A stretch of DNA of 64,000 nt from Schmidtea nova (GCA_044892505.1 CM097882.1:96038001-96102000); one strand, 5' to 3'; shown: positions 1 to 13,542, counted from the first letter of the stretch. The notes: generated from the letters alone by a model not told the origin. Program-made: numbers and translations.

Positions 1-2
1 CA

Positions 3-401
3 GACAAACCAGTTAAATCAAAGAAAGCTATTTTGAAGCCAGTTCAAATATATCATGGCCATAAAATGTATTTTTTGGTTAGTGAAATAGATTTCAGTCT
101 TTCAAATCCTGTTAAATTGAGTAAGACTCAATATTCAAATCTTTATGGAACTATATCGAAAGAAGATGTATTATCTCTCAATAAAGTTTTGAATCAGATC
201 AATAAGAAATTATGTTGCAATGAAAACATAGTCATTAATAATCGGCAAACCAAATTCTTCGATTCATTTGAAGAGATTCAATTAATTGATAATGAAAGCT
301 GGTATATTAACATTACAATTCAAGGGTATAAACTTGATTTGAATGATGTTATGACTCCAATTTGGAGAGTCAACAATGCCAGAATATCTCATGGATTTTG
401 A
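3..401 (+). CDS. Maverick accessory protein, 5'-truncated by the window edge; homolog of the spliced gene at 61691-62220; possible OB-fold ssDNA-binding protein
   Basis: Frame open from base 3. Aligns by eye with the 62 kb gene (PVQ...PVxL..xQY...G.I, and the C-terminal YxIxIxxQGxK...PIWxV). The SSB assignment is inference only. Confidence 0.6.
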   Translation, partial: DKPVKSKKAILKPVQIYHGHKMYFLVSEIDFSLSNPVKLSKTQYSNLYGTISKEDVLSLNKVLNQINKKLCCNENIVINNRQTKFFDSFEEIQLIDNESWYINITIQGYKLDLNDVMTPIWRVNNARISHGF

Positions 402-463
402 TTTAATATATATTTTGTTATTTGAAAATGTCTTTTCGTTTTGTGTCAAGTTTTATTTGTGTA

Positions 464-466
<3 letters not shown>

Positions 467-527
<61 letters not shown>
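467..527. repeat. (TTA)n microsatellite
   Basis: Direct reading of about 20 TTA units. Confidence 0.95.
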
Positions 528-529
<2 letters not shown>

Positions 530-550
530 ACCTATGTAAAGATTAGAAAA

Positions 551-621
551 ATTGCGCAATGATTACATAATAATATATAACATTACGTAATTTGGGGGTG
601 GTGGGGGTGGGGGTGTGGGGG
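551..621. promoter_or_regulatory. Cluster of bZIP-type palindromes followed by a G-quadruplex-capable tract
   Basis: ATTGCGCAAT (551-560) and ATTACGTAAT (582-591), then four G5 runs (594-621) in otherwise very AT-rich DNA. Function is inferred. Confidence 0.35.
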
Positions 622-1673
622 CCAGGGCAACTGTATAATTATTCCGTAATATATACAGTCTAGGAATAAAAAGCTTGACCCCGTGTCCTCACTATCCCCT
701 ACTCTCCCGTTTTTTCTTTTTTCTTTATTTGTGCCTCAAATTGAAATTATTCGTTTTTTTCGCTGTAACAATGTATAGACAGAATTTTATTCTCTACAAA
801 ATGGCCAACTTGAAAATTCAAAATGTTGTGTTTTGTGAGCTGCACACGTGTTTTGTTGTTATTAATTGGTTTTCTTTGATGTTGTAATAAAGATAATGAG
901 TTTACATATTAACAGTGTATATTTAGAATTTAATTTCCTATAAAATGGCTTAAATAAAAATATAAAATTAGTCATTTTTCGTGTTGCACACATGTTTTAT
1001 TGATATTTTTGAACAATTTAAAATAATATTTTAGAGTTTTCAATATATGTATAAATTTTCCACTAAATTGTTTGATTAGAAATTTAAAAATTATCGTGTT
1101 ACACATGGGTTTTGTTGTAAATAATTGATTTTATTTGATACTTTAATTGTATTTTCACTGTAACAATTTATATTCTAATTCTCTACAATAATGCATTATG
1201 TAAAAACTAATAACTTTGTGAATAATTAGTTTACTTTTAATTAATTTTTATTTTTATTAATTAATTTTTATTTCAATTAATTTACAATTTATCGAATAAT
1301 TAAATATTTTTTTTTTAATTTTAATTACTTGTAATAATTTTTATAATTTATTAGTGTAATTTAATTTTAAAATTAATCTTAATTTATTACATTGTATTTT
1401 AAAAATAATTGATATTTATCATTAATTGATGACATATATTTATAACAATAAAATGTGTTCAATAATTTTACAAAATTTAATTGTAGAAATAAATTACACT
1501 GTGGTATTTACAAACGTGTGTGTATGTTTCCTCGAATTTGATTGGTTAAAAATTGTTGAATTTAGTATATAAGCAATAGTTTTTCATTTAAGAATCACTT
1601 TTTATTGCAACCTAAATTTGGTAAATTAATTTTTGTTTTAAAATTTTTAAATAATCAACTTATTTTAGATAAA

Positions 1674-1839
1674 ATGAACAATACCAACAATAATATGGAT
1701 ATTACCAAGAACAACGATTTCAACAACGATGTCGACAACAATATGAACAACGTTATTGATGACAATGTTGAAGCATCTGAAACAATGGATAGTTTAATGA
1801 AAAATAAACTTAACGATGAAAAGAGAAAAGAAAGTAACT
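1674..1839 (+). CDS. Predicted first coding exon of E1 pPolB (Asn/Asp/Met-rich)
   Basis: ATG at 1674 follows a 48-nt GT..AG 5'UTR intron (1621-1668). Ends at a phase-1 T|GTAAGT donor (1840), in phase with the acceptor at 2624-2625. Upstream GATTGG and TATATAA boxes at about 1540-1572. Confidence 0.6.
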
Positions 1840-2625
1840 GTAAGTGTCGATTTATTTAATGATTGCAATTTATAATTAATTACCTTTTGTAAATAAAATT
1901 AATTAAAATTAATTAATAATTAGTTTTCTTTATCGATCTTTGTAATCTAATAATTAATCATTATTTATTATTCAATAAGATTTGTAATATTTATGACAAG
2001 TTAATAAATACTAATGACAACTTAAAATAATTAACTGTATTATTTAAGTTATTAATTATTTTTTAATTAATTTTGTAGTGTTTACTAATTTTTGAAAATT
2101 ATTTACAATTTTTGAATTTGAATTTTTATTTTATAATTAATTATTAAAACAATTCTAGTTTTAATTATAATTATTCTAATTTTTTTATAATATTAAATTA
2201 ATTAATTTGAATATAAAATTAATTTGAATATTGAATAATATTATTTATTGCTTATTTTTTATAATTTTCTAGTAATTAAAGTTTTTATAAATTAATTTTT
2301 AATAAATAACTTATTTTCTATCATAGTAAATAAAATATTCTATATGAAAATTATTATATTAAATTAATATTTTTATATTACTTGTAAATAATTTAAATTT
2401 TACATCTTTGAGTAAAACTAATTATTAAAACAATTCTAATTAAGAATATAATAATTGAAATTAATTAATATTATTTTTCATAATATTTAAATTATTTAAT
2501 TAAATTTTTATTATTGTAATTATTAATTAATTTATATTAATTATTGTATAATGATATTAATTTTAATATTAAAATACTTGACATTTATTGTGCAAATTTT
2601 TAATTATTATTATTATTTTTTTAAG

Positions 2626-5600
2626 GTACTCTTTATCCAAAATATTGTAATGAATCGAACCACAGTATTAACTGTCACAATACTATGAGAAAATATTATA
2701 AATTGACGCTTTGTGGACAGAAATATTATGTTTGCCCAATATGTCAAACATTCGAATCTATATCCTATACTAAGTTTTATGATCGTCATAGTGATCATTT
2801 AAATATTTTCAAAAATACCAAACAATCTATTATGAGAAATATTGTTAAAAGGAAAGCATTGGTTTCACAAGACTCAAGACCTACTAAAATAAGAAAAGAA
2901 ACAATCTCTGAAAATCTTTCAAAATACCATGAAGATAACCTTATGTTTGGAGAAGGTGTAAATGTTTCTCAAATTAATGATGAACCTGAGATAGAATATG
3001 ATTTAAAAATGTCTCACCAATTTATCAAAATGAATATTTCAAGATATAATGTCAGGGAAATAGAATTGCCAAATTCGTTGTTGGATAAATTAAAAATAGC
3101 CATATCTAAAATGAAACAATCAAAAATTCAATTTGGTATTCAAGCAGAACTTGAAAAGGAAGGAGAAAATCAAATTGTATGCTTATCCAATCGCGCTGTC
3201 TATATTAATCCAACTTTTCTTGACGAAGGCATTAAAAGGTTAAATGAAAAAATTGAGTTATTGACTCATTTAGGAAGTGGATGGATATTAACTCGGATTT
3301 TAGAAGTAAATTTTAAAGTGGTAAAGGTCTCCAATATCTCAAGATTATCGGGGCATAGTAAATTATTTACTCCTAAAGGATTAATTGGTAAAAAAGCTAT
3401 TGTCAATGTTCAGAATTCAGATGATTTGTGTTTCATCTATAGTATTTTATCAATATTGAAATATGATGAAATCAAAGAACATAGAGATAGACCCACAAAA
3501 TATTTACCATATGTGTCAGAACTAGTATTTGATTATGGTGATATGCCTATGAAACTGTGTGATATCCCAACCTTTGAACGAAAAAATCCTGGTTTGGCAG
3601 TCAATGTGTTAACTTATAATGATAATCAGTTATCTGATATGGATAATGTTGTAATGAAACACCCGTATTTGGATATAATTCATCGATCAAAAGTCATAGA
3701 TGGGAAGCAGATTTACTTATTATTGTTAGAAAATAAAGATCACTTTCATTATACTGCAGTAATTAACATCGATCGTTTGATGAATTGCCATAAAAGCGTA
3801 GATTGTAGTGTTCAGATCTGTTGCAAGTGGTGTAAAAATTGTTTGAATGGATTCAGAAAGAAAAAGGCTTTTGAAAAGCATCAAGCATTGTGCAAGAAAA
3901 ATCAATTGGGTACAACTTTATATACTATGCCAATAGATAAAAATTTGGAATTCAAAAACTGGTCAAAGATAATAACACCTCCATTTGTTATTTATGCAGA
4001 TTTTGAGTCGATTTTACCCAAAGATGACACTTATTTTCAAAAACATTTACCAATTTCAGGCGGACTCTTATTAATCAACAATTTTACCGGAATATCAAGT
4101 TATTATCAATTTGTAGGTGATGATTGTGTTTATCAATTTTTGAAGAAAGTAAAGATTATAGCAACAGAAATTGTTCTTCCATATTACATCAAAGAAGGGA
4201 AAAAGCCAATGTCACCACTTTCGCCAGATGAAAACCAATCATTTGAAAATTCAACAATTTGTTACTTGTGCATGAAACAGATAATAGAAAAGGTCAGAGA
4301 TCACGATCATTTTACAGGAAAATATATGGGTTCCGCATGTAATAAATGTAATATTTCAAGGAAAATTAATGAAATATTGCCCGTTGTGTTTCACAATTTG
4401 AAGGGTTATGATTTACACCATATCCTTAAGCATGGGTTAAATCGTTTTCCGGATTGGAATTTAAGCTGTATTCCTCTTACAACTGAAAAGTTTTTATCGC
4501 TTATTGCATACATCGGTGGAATTTCAATTAAATTTATTGATTCTTATCAGTTTGTCAATGACTCCTTAGCTAAAGCCATCAAAACATTGAACCACTTAGC
4601 CATTACAAAATCAGAATTTAATGGGATTATAGTAGAATCAAAAGGAATATTTCCATATAACTTTGCCACTAGTCAAGAAGTTCTGGAAACCACAAAAGAA
4701 TTACCCCCAATCTGGGATGGGGTTTCAAAAGAAGAATATGAAAAAGCCCAACATATATGGAAAGAAACACGTTGTGAAACATTGATGGATTATCAGTTAA
4801 TTTATTTGAAACTAGACGTGTTTCTATTGGCTGATTTCTTTCAACAGTTTCGAGCCAAATCTATAGCTCATAATCGATTGGAACCATTGAACTTTTATGG
4901 AATCCCTGGAATGTCTTGGGCATCATCACTTATGACTTTAGATGAACCAATTGAACTGATACGAGAAATGGAAATGTTTAATTTTTATGAAGGAGGAATT
5001 CGTGGTGGCCTTACTTTTGTGAACAAACATTATGTTAAATCAAATGCAACTACAGAGCTATTGTACATAGATATCAATAACCTTTATGGATGGGCTTTAA
5101 GTCAAAGCTTGCCGTGTGGAGACTTTAGTTGGATTCATTCAGATCTAGATAAAATCTTAGACGAATGCAAGAATTTAGAATTAGAAACGCTTCCGTATGG
5201 CTATACCGTAGAAGTTGATTTAGAGATCTCTTCAGAAATTCATGATTTCTTGGATGATCTACCTGTAGCAGCAGATAAGATGTGTGCTCCAGGATCTAAA
5301 GTAGAAAAGTTAATGTTGACACACTATCCAAAGAAAAATTATGTAATTCATTGGCGGTTACTTCAAATGTTTTTATCATTAGGTGTAAAAGTAATCAATA
5401 TACATAGAGCTGTTAAATTTAAACAGGCTGCTATTTTCAAGAAGTATATTGATGCAAATACTAAGTTAAGAGCTGAGTCGAATAATAGTCTCGATAAGAA
5501 TTATTATAAGCTTTTAAATAATAGTCTGTACGGAAAAACAGTCGAAAATTTGAAGAAAAGAATGAATTTGAGATTATGTAATACTGAACAGAAAATGATA

Positions 5601-6317
5601 ACATATGCTTCCAAGCCAACTTTTCAAAGAAGTATCAAGATTGATGATGATTTAATAGCTGCCTTACTAAATAAAGACTCTATTTGTTTGGATAGACCCA
5701 GCTACATTGATCAAACTGTACTGGATTTATCTAAACTTAGGATGTATCAGTTACAATATCTGGAGTTAGCTAAATATCGAGCACAATTCGGTTGCGAAAT
5801 AAATATTGTTGTTGGAGATACCGATAGTTTTTTCTTGGAATGTAAAAATGTTAAATTAGATACATTATTACTGGCAATGGTTAATGACAATCTCTTGGAT
5901 ACGTCTAATTATCCTTCGGAACATCCACTCTTTTCCAGAAAATTCGATTCAGTTATCGGAAAGTTCAAGGATGAAAGTAAAGGCGATGGATATAAAGAAT
6001 GGGTCTTTTTAAGACCAAAATGTTACAGTTTGTTAGGGGAAAAAGAGTGCATTAAAGCTAAGAGTATAACATTGAAGGATACTAAACTGAATCATCAGTC
6101 GTACCTGGATTGTTATAATAACAGCAAAAGGTTTATAGTACCACAATGTCGAATTGGTACACAAAATCATCAATTATTTAGTTTCCAGCAGTCGAAAGTT
6201 GCTTTAACAAATGCCGATGATAAAAAAATTTGGATTGAAAAGAATAAAAGTCATGCATATGGGTACTATGGTGATGAAAGAAAAATGAAAACAATTTACG
6301 AAGAAAATAGTTTATAA
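2626..6317 (+). CDS. polB: Protein-primed family B DNA polymerase (Maverick pPolB), main exon; ORF intact
   Basis: Exo motifs YADFES, FHNLKGYD, YLKLDV; polymerase motifs YIDINNLYGWA, KLLNNSLYGK, GDTDS; EndoVII-like DHDHFTGKYMGSACNKCN; OTU-like VQNSDDLCF...HFHY region. The reading frame is open 59 nt upstream of the ATG at 2685, back to a splice acceptor. Confidence 0.97.
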
Positions 6318-6777
6318 AGAAATTTTGTTATGATTAATAAAAATAATTAGAAAATGTCTTAGTTTTTATTATGTTTAAATGAAATTTATAATATTTTTTT
6401 TCTTGTAATCTGGATACTCAAGATTATTATTAATATATATATATATATATATATTTTGTGAGTGTTTATTTATTAGTGATTTAAAACGAGTTTTTAGTAT
6501 TATTTAAACAAAAGACTTTATTAACCTATTGGTAATATAAAACTAATAAGTAGTTAAAGCATTGTGCCAAAATTTTAACTAAATATATTTTAAGATTTAA
6601 ACCTACTTTATCTTCCAAAATCTCCGTCAATCAATTGAAAATAAAAGTTATTTTGAAATCCCCACCAACTTTTATTTATACAAAATATTTAGAAAACCAC
6701 TTTTGTTTAAACACACTAATTATTCTATACGTACTATACATAATTAAAAGTCAATATAATGTTCTTTTACACACATT

Positions 6778-7000
6778 TAATTACCGCCAAAGTTCATGTA
6801 TACACACCTAATTCCCACCAAAGTCCATGTACACACACCTAATTCCCACCAAAGTCCGTGTACACACACACTTTATTACCACCAAAGTACATGTACACAC
6901 ACAATTTATTACCATCAAAGTTGGTTTACACACACCTAATTACCATCAAAGTTGGTTTACACACACCTAATTATCACCAAAGTTTATTTACGCACACTAT
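6778..7000. repeat. Subterminal tandem repeats of the Maverick TIR (about 31-bp unit, about 7 degenerate copies)
   Basis: Repeated AATT(C/A)CCACCAAAGT..ATGTACACACAC units between pPolB and the terminus. Confidence 0.8.
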
Positions 7001-7100
7001 AATCATTCGATCGTAAATGTTAGGAGGGAAGGGGGGGGGTAAGTGGTCTAGATGTGACAAATCACACTACTAATGGTGATTCCTTAGTAGCAGCATTAAG

Positions 7101-7224
7101 TATTAAATTAATTAGTAAATAAGTAACAAAATAAGCCTTTGCTGCAAAACTAATTTTCTCACTTAATAAAATTATTTTTGCAGCAAAGGCTTATTTTGTT
7201 ACTTATTTACTAATTAATTTAATA
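7101..7224. repeat. Perfect 49-bp inverted repeat with a 26-nt loop, plus a third arm copy at about 7250-7343
   Basis: 7101-7149 is the exact reverse complement of 7176-7224. Confidence 0.9.
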
Positions 7225-7472
7225 ATAATAATTATAATAATAATATAAAATAGTGATTTCTTGGTAGAAGCATTAAATATTAAATAAATTAATAAATAAG
7301 TAACAAAAAAAGCCTTTGCTGCAAAAATAATTTTATTAAGTGAGAAAATAATCCTCGTCAATCTCTAATTCGGCAAATAACTGGTATCTTCATTTATTTT
7401 GCTGTTTCTTTTTTCTTGATTTCTCTTCTTTTTCATTGGATGTTAATCTGATTAATATAAATTTTGATATAA

Positions 7473-7550
<78 letters not shown>
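7473..7550. repeat. (GAT)n microsatellite
   Basis: Direct reading of about 26 units. Confidence 0.95.
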
Positions 7551-7551
<1 letters not shown>

Positions 7552-8159
7552 GTTTTAAGTCCGTGTGTTTGCTTCATTTTTTGCGGTTAAAGTAAATTAA
7601 CTGATGTGGTTGTTGATGATATTTATTTTCTTCTTTTGATTTGTGTTCTATACTCGTTTTAATTTTCAAATGTCATGGGCGTAATGCCACATACTTTGAA
7701 CAAGACTGACCGTCTTTTCTGTACTCGAGTTTTAGAGCATTTTCAATTGGGGATTATGGATTTCGTTTTCAATCATTCTGTTGTTTATAAATATGGAAAT
7801 ATTTATAATATATTCTTAAAAAATATTTTTTGTATAAAAATAAAAGAATATTATATTTTTAAGATTAATTTATTTAAATTAAAAAATTTTAATCGATTTA
7901 AATTTTTTGACTATAATATGAGATTTAAAATATATATTTTATTTTAAAAAATAATACTAATTTGTTTGAAAAAATCGATTTATTTGATTTAGATTCGAAT
8001 GTAAGATTGAATAGCACCTGATGAAGAGAATTAAGTTCTCGAAATATATTGTGCAAAATGAATTTAAAAGTTGAAATTATTATAGGTTCCCGGGATAACT
8101 AATATAATTTCTAATTAAAAACAAACAAATTGTAATGAAATTTTTATTTTATAAAAGAT

Positions 8160-8631
8160 TTATTCAATATCAAGCAAAAATTCTAGAAATTCTGCATTTG
8201 TCATCAATATAGAATCAATGATCATTGATTTTATGTAATTTACAATTTTATCAACCAAAGCATGATATTCTAAAGTTTTTATTCCAAGAATAAGTATTTT
8301 ACCATTGGTAAATACATTAACACAATGGATTAAATTTCAACACTCTCAAACCGGAGAATATTTCTGGTTCAAAAATACAATTGGTTTTTCTTGTCAATTC
8401 ATTTAAATCAATTTTCAATCCAATATCAATAGTTACGGTAAGTGATTGTAATTGAATATCTCTTATTTTGTATGGTAAATCTCCAATTAACAACGGTTGT
8501 TTACAACCCATTATCCGACAGTTCCCTGATCTGAAAAAATGATGGGATACTTTACGCTTCTAAATACAACTTGCTGATGTTTTCCAGCCGGGAACTAAAC
8601 ATTTACCTTTATAATTTATATTGCACAACAT
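8160..8631 (-). pseudogene. TBP-like gene of Maverick origin, with at least two frameshifts
   Basis: Reconstructs as MLCNINYKGKC...KYPIIFFRSGNCRIMGCKQP...IQLQSLTVTIDIG...FEPEIFSGLRVLKFNPLC/VNVFTNGKILILGIK. Colinear with 50646-51113 and 53723-54228. Confidence 0.8.
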
Positions 8632-8879
8632 TTGATTTATATTTTCAAAGATGTGGTATTTATAGTATTTTCTTTTGATAAATAGTCGTATTTGATTGGC
8701 TGACTGGTTACTATTGACAAGAAAATTGGATACATTACTTTAGATTAAAAATGAACATCAACTACAAGTAATTTTCTCTAAATCAGATGATAATAAACAT
8801 ATTCCATTAAAAATCTGAAATTTAAATGTAATTGATTAAAACTCGAAAGAAATTTAAATTAAACTTTTCACCAATAAAG

Positions 8880-9330
8880 TCATTTTCTATTGTTAATTTC
8901 CCCATTATGTCATCACTCTGAATAAAAATTTCAATCATAGGATTAACATCATTTTACTTGACTTCCTATTTATAATTCCCAATCTGAATAAATTTTTCTT
9001 AAGAAATAACTCTTTCAATAAAATTTTCCACCTGAATTCATACCTTTCAAAGTATTTTACATTTATAATTTCATTTTAATAATAATCAGTATTTTACCCT
9101 TGAGAAATTCCAATCCTAATTTACATTTTCATTATAATTTTTGTCATTTGAAATAATTTACCATCAGTTTTATTTTATCCCTTTAGATATTTATCTATCA
9201 TTAGTTCATGATCAATCGTCTTTAAATCAATAAAACAACATAGAGATCTATTCCGGTTGACATTTATATTCAAAATGGTATAAATCACCGGATCCATTAT
9301 ATTGTTGGGCCCACCAAAGACCTGAAAAAC
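8880..9330 (-). pseudogene. Highly degenerate non-LTR (LINE-like) reverse transcriptase fragment
   Basis: Minus-strand peptides CCFIDLKTIDHELMIDK (cf. FxDLxKAFDxIxH), IGISQG (cf. GVPQG) and QSDDI (cf. YADD) occur in the expected order, with stops between them. Confidence 0.4.
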
Positions 9331-12300
9331 ACAAAAGACATAATAACAATTAAAACAAATAATGAAAAAATAAACTATTATAACATAGCAAACCTAGAGA
9401 AAAAGATGAAACAAATAATTATGTAAATAATAAATTACCTATAAGAATAAAATAAGCCGAATTGGTGGAGAATAGCCCGACAGAAGATTTAGAATAGAAA
9501 TATGGAAAATTTCGCATGAAAATCAATAAATAATAGTATAATTTATTAAAAAATTACTTGGAAAAATGAGACCAACAGGCGAGAAAATCTGAAACTGAAC
9601 TAGAATCGGGTTTCAATAATTAAAAATAATTAACCAACTTTGAAGGGCGGCCTGATCATGATTGGTAAATCCGACCAACGCGATCAGTATAAATACTGAC
9701 CCGAAAATCACAAAATTATATTTTGATAATTTAGAGTTTAAAGTTTTGAGACTTAAAACGATTTTACCGTTTTTGAGCACTCATAATTCCTAAAACTTTT
9801 TCAATCACTTCGATATTAGAAGAAAAAAGTAAATTTTTCTATTTGTACGGATAATTGTTTTCCCATGATTTCGTTGTAATGTTATTTTATCGAATATATG
9901 TTTTTAAAAGTTACTCATTGTTTTTATATATTATTTTTATTTTAAAAATAGATAATGCTTCTTCAGTAGCTCACGCTGCGAGGGCGCAAGCTGTCTTCGT
10001 GAGACTTTTTAGGTCCACGAGATGGTGAGTAGGATAAGATTTTTATAGTAAAATAGTTTAATGATCGTTTAATAACAGTTTTTAATAAAACATTTTAATA
10101 TCGATAGTTTTGATCGTTGCACATTGCGACAGTTTTTGATAAAACAGTTTTGATCATTGCACATAGCGAAAGTTTTGATAAGACATTTTAATGTCAATAG
10201 TTTTGATCGTGTACATAGTGATATTTTTAAAAAGCGATTGTTTTGATTACACATTGTTATTAGCGTTAGTTTTGAGTTTGCACATTTTAATTGCAAAATG
10301 ATGATTGAAGCATATACAATTATATATCGAATGAAGTTAGGATTTCAGATTGCACCGTCTACATCTCATGTAGTGATTTTGGGCTTTATACCGTTCCATG
10401 TTTAACGTAGCGATGTAATTACATACTGTTGGGCCAAAACTGCAAATTGTTTAAATGAAGCGGTATTACAATAAGTAGAGAGCGCGCAAGATTCTAATTT
10501 AACCAAAGCATTAAGTAAAATTGAAGTAGTTAAGTGGAAACACACCTAAATATTAAAGTGGACCAAAGTGCATTAACAAGTAGAGAGCGCGCAAGACTCT
10601 AATCTAAAGTCCCTTAATTAAAACACCAAGGAAAAATCAAAATGGTTAAAAGAAGCACGTCTAAAAAGCTAGAATAGACAAAAAACACATCGAATATGCA
10701 CGTGAAGAACGCATTCGTGATATAAAACCTCGATTGTAGAAATTTAGCATGTTTGCAGAAGGAAGATTACGATTTTATCTTAAAAATTCGTAAAATTATA
10801 AAAGAAAATGATTTTGATCGAAATTGCAACAAATTAAATCAAATTAGAATAAACTTTAATTCAAAAGTAAAATTTTGGATTTAAAAAAAATTATTTAAAG
10901 TTTTATGAAAATTTCATGTAAAATTATTAATTTAGTTTTGCGGAAAATTGTTGAAATTAATTTCAAGAAAATTAGAATCTCCTTTCAGAACGATTTGTTT
11001 TAATACCTCAATATAATTAAAAATGCAGAAAATTTTATATAAATACCGCCATCAAAATGGAGAAATTTAATCCTATTTTGCAAAAGATTTGCGGAGGAAT
11101 TTTGTTGCTAAAAATTGTGAGGTTTTTAGCAGGGAAATTTTTACAAAGAATCTCTTACTACTGGTGGGTTGTTGATCGTCAATATGACCTTGACGTTACC
11201 ATGGCTCGTATCAACAACTCAACATACAAAACATTGAAAATACCATCTTGTTGACCGTCACTAAGTAACGTTGGTAATGCAACAAATGGGTGGGTATTCG
11301 CAATCAGTGAGCGTCGTCAATATGAAACTATGATTGACCGAATATCTCCAGGGTTCAATGGCTACCGATAGAAGGTTTAATGCCCATTTCGTCCCTTCTT
11401 ACAAGATTTAACTGCAAATAACTATCTTAAAAATGAAATAATTTCACCGATAAAATCTCAATAATTTATCTCAAATCAATCCTTTCACACAGTTTTATCT
11501 AAATTCACAGGAATTTTCGCACTTTTATTCTATTCGCAAGCATGCATTCGAAGATATTATCGCAACTCAATTAGGGGATCAATTATTCCTTCAGAAAATG
11601 CATATATTTGGAAATATACAAATTACCCTTATTTAGACCCAAATTTTTATTATTCTCGCGATTTTCTTAAATTATTATGTTTTTTATATTTAAAATTCAT
11701 GTAAACTTTATTTGTATTCAAATCTTATTGTCTATCTTGCTCTAAATTTATAATAGAATATTTATTAAAGTTTCAACATTTTGATTTTAAAATTATGCTG
11801 AGGCCTTAGTAATTAAATTGATTCAGTAAAACTTTCCGCTTATAATTTTTAGTCATCGAATTTTGGGGTTTTTTAACATGATTAAATTTTTAATCTCAAT
11901 TTAAGATTTTACTATCAATTAAAATTAAACAAGGATCCAAAAAAAATTTGTTATTTTTGAGAAATTTTAAATTACTCTTGTTTAAAATAATTTAAAAAAA
12001 TCAACCTCAAACAAGCGCGACTTGATTGGTTGTTTTATTATGGGTGATATTTGCGATGGTAAAATTTATTGATTTTATCAATCACTCACCCACATTGAAC
12101 TTCCTTCACCAAAAAAAAATCCTGGCGTAAACGTAAGTAATTTACTGCTTCCCATTTCTATTTTATTGAAGTTGTTTGCCATTTAGGAACGTGGTTGAAT
12201 CGATGAAGCTGCTCCAAACCCGAAAGTGATGTTTATTGACTACGAGTAGATTTATTTCAAATCTCGGAGTCTCATTTCTCCAATCTCAAGCCATTGGGTG

Positions 12301-12675
12301 GATATTCTCTCATCTATTCTATCTCAGATTTTCCAAATTTTCGATGGGACCTGTTCTTTGGAATCTATTAAATTTTGTGGTTTATAATAAACAAATATAT
12401 TGTTTTTTTTATCGAATTATTATAACGAACATTAAAAACATACACCACAGGAGTTATTGTGGATTCTTTGGTCAAAAAAAAACTCATTAGGAATTTTATG
12501 CTGTGCGACTGTGATTATCGAGGAATAGCAGTATAAGTCTTTTTCACAATTTTTATGTTGGTTTTCACGTGAGTTAGGTTCGGTTTCTTTTCTGAAGCTC
12601 GAATTTAGATTAATTTGTACGACTCGTTTGATAGTCCTAATGCAAAAAATTAAACCAAAATAACAATTTCACTCC

Positions 12676-13542
12676 CCCAAAATATCTACAAAATCCCCCA
12701 ACACAAAAAATGAATTGAAACAGATAAAAATTAAAAAAAATTAAAAAATTAAAAATCTAAAAATTTACAACCACATTAAAAAGGTTATAAAAAACATTAA
12801 AAAACATTAAAAAACATAAAAAACCCAGAATAAAAACTTCGAAATTAAGTTTTATAATTTATCCCTAATTTGATAAAACAACCGGGCCCGTCTTAACACG
12901 TGGGTAAATTCTCTTAAAAAATATAAGATCGAAACGGTTCAACAAAATATTTATTAATACAAGACTTACTTAGTGCTAGACTGCATAAAATGAATTTATT
13001 TATTTCGAGAAAAAATTTGAAGGGGAGGGTATTGTTTTTTAATTATGTAAAGCGGAAGATAGTTAAAACAATTAATAAAAAGGCGGCAAATTATTTTAAT
13101 CATTTTAACTTTTGCTTTCGTAAATTGTATTTATGTTTTAATTTTTGTTTGCTGAGAAATAACAAAAATTTAAAAATACAATACTTTGTTTTTTATACCC
13201 TTTTTAATGCTGGTTGTAGATTTTGGGATTTTTAATTTTTTTTAAATTTTTATCTTTTTAATTCATTTTTTTTGTTGGGGGATTTTGTAGATATTTTGGG
13301 AATTTTTTTAAATGTATTTTAAATATTTTTGGGGTTATTTTGTAGATATTTTGAGAAACTGTGGATTTTTTGAAAATAAATTAAATATTTTAGACATTAA
13401 AAATATATATAACGAAAAATAAAATTCAATGCTGCTTTACTTGTAATAAGGTTTTTTAATCCACATATTTACAATGCTTGGCCCCCGCTAATGAATTTAG
13501 ATACCAAACTGGCCCTCGCAGCAAAAAGTTTGGACGCCTCTG
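12676..13542. mobile_element. Non-autonomous DNA transposon remnant (about 115-bp internal inverted arms and a hAT-like right end)
   Basis: About 12676-12796 is an imperfect reverse complement of about 13188-13300. AAAAGTTTGGACGCCTCTG (13524-13542) resembles hAT/Charlie-type termini. No matching left TIR or TSD found. Confidence 0.4.

Larger units (their letters stand above)
1..7071 (+). mobile_element. Maverick/Polinton element E1, right-hand part (left end outside the window)
   Basis: Contains a pPolB gene, then subterminal tandem repeats and a G-run (7025-7039). Ends in ...TCACACTACT (7071), whose reverse complement is 5'-AGTAGT, the typical Polinton terminus. TSD cannot be checked because the other end is missing. 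Confidence 0.75.

Noticed and set aside
6778-7000. CRISPR-like array (also considered for 15958-16165 and 60830-61035)
   Set aside because: Units are contiguous with no unique spacers, there are no cas genes, and the context is eukaryotic.
9952-10030. GC-rich exon-like segment with AG and GTGAGT borders
   Set aside because: No partner exons or recognisable peptide; it cannot be supported as a host gene.
11440-11630. Possible Harbinger-like transposase N-terminus (INPFTQFY..EF..FYSIRKHAF)
   Set aside because: One short weak pattern, with no catalytic motifs or TIRs found.
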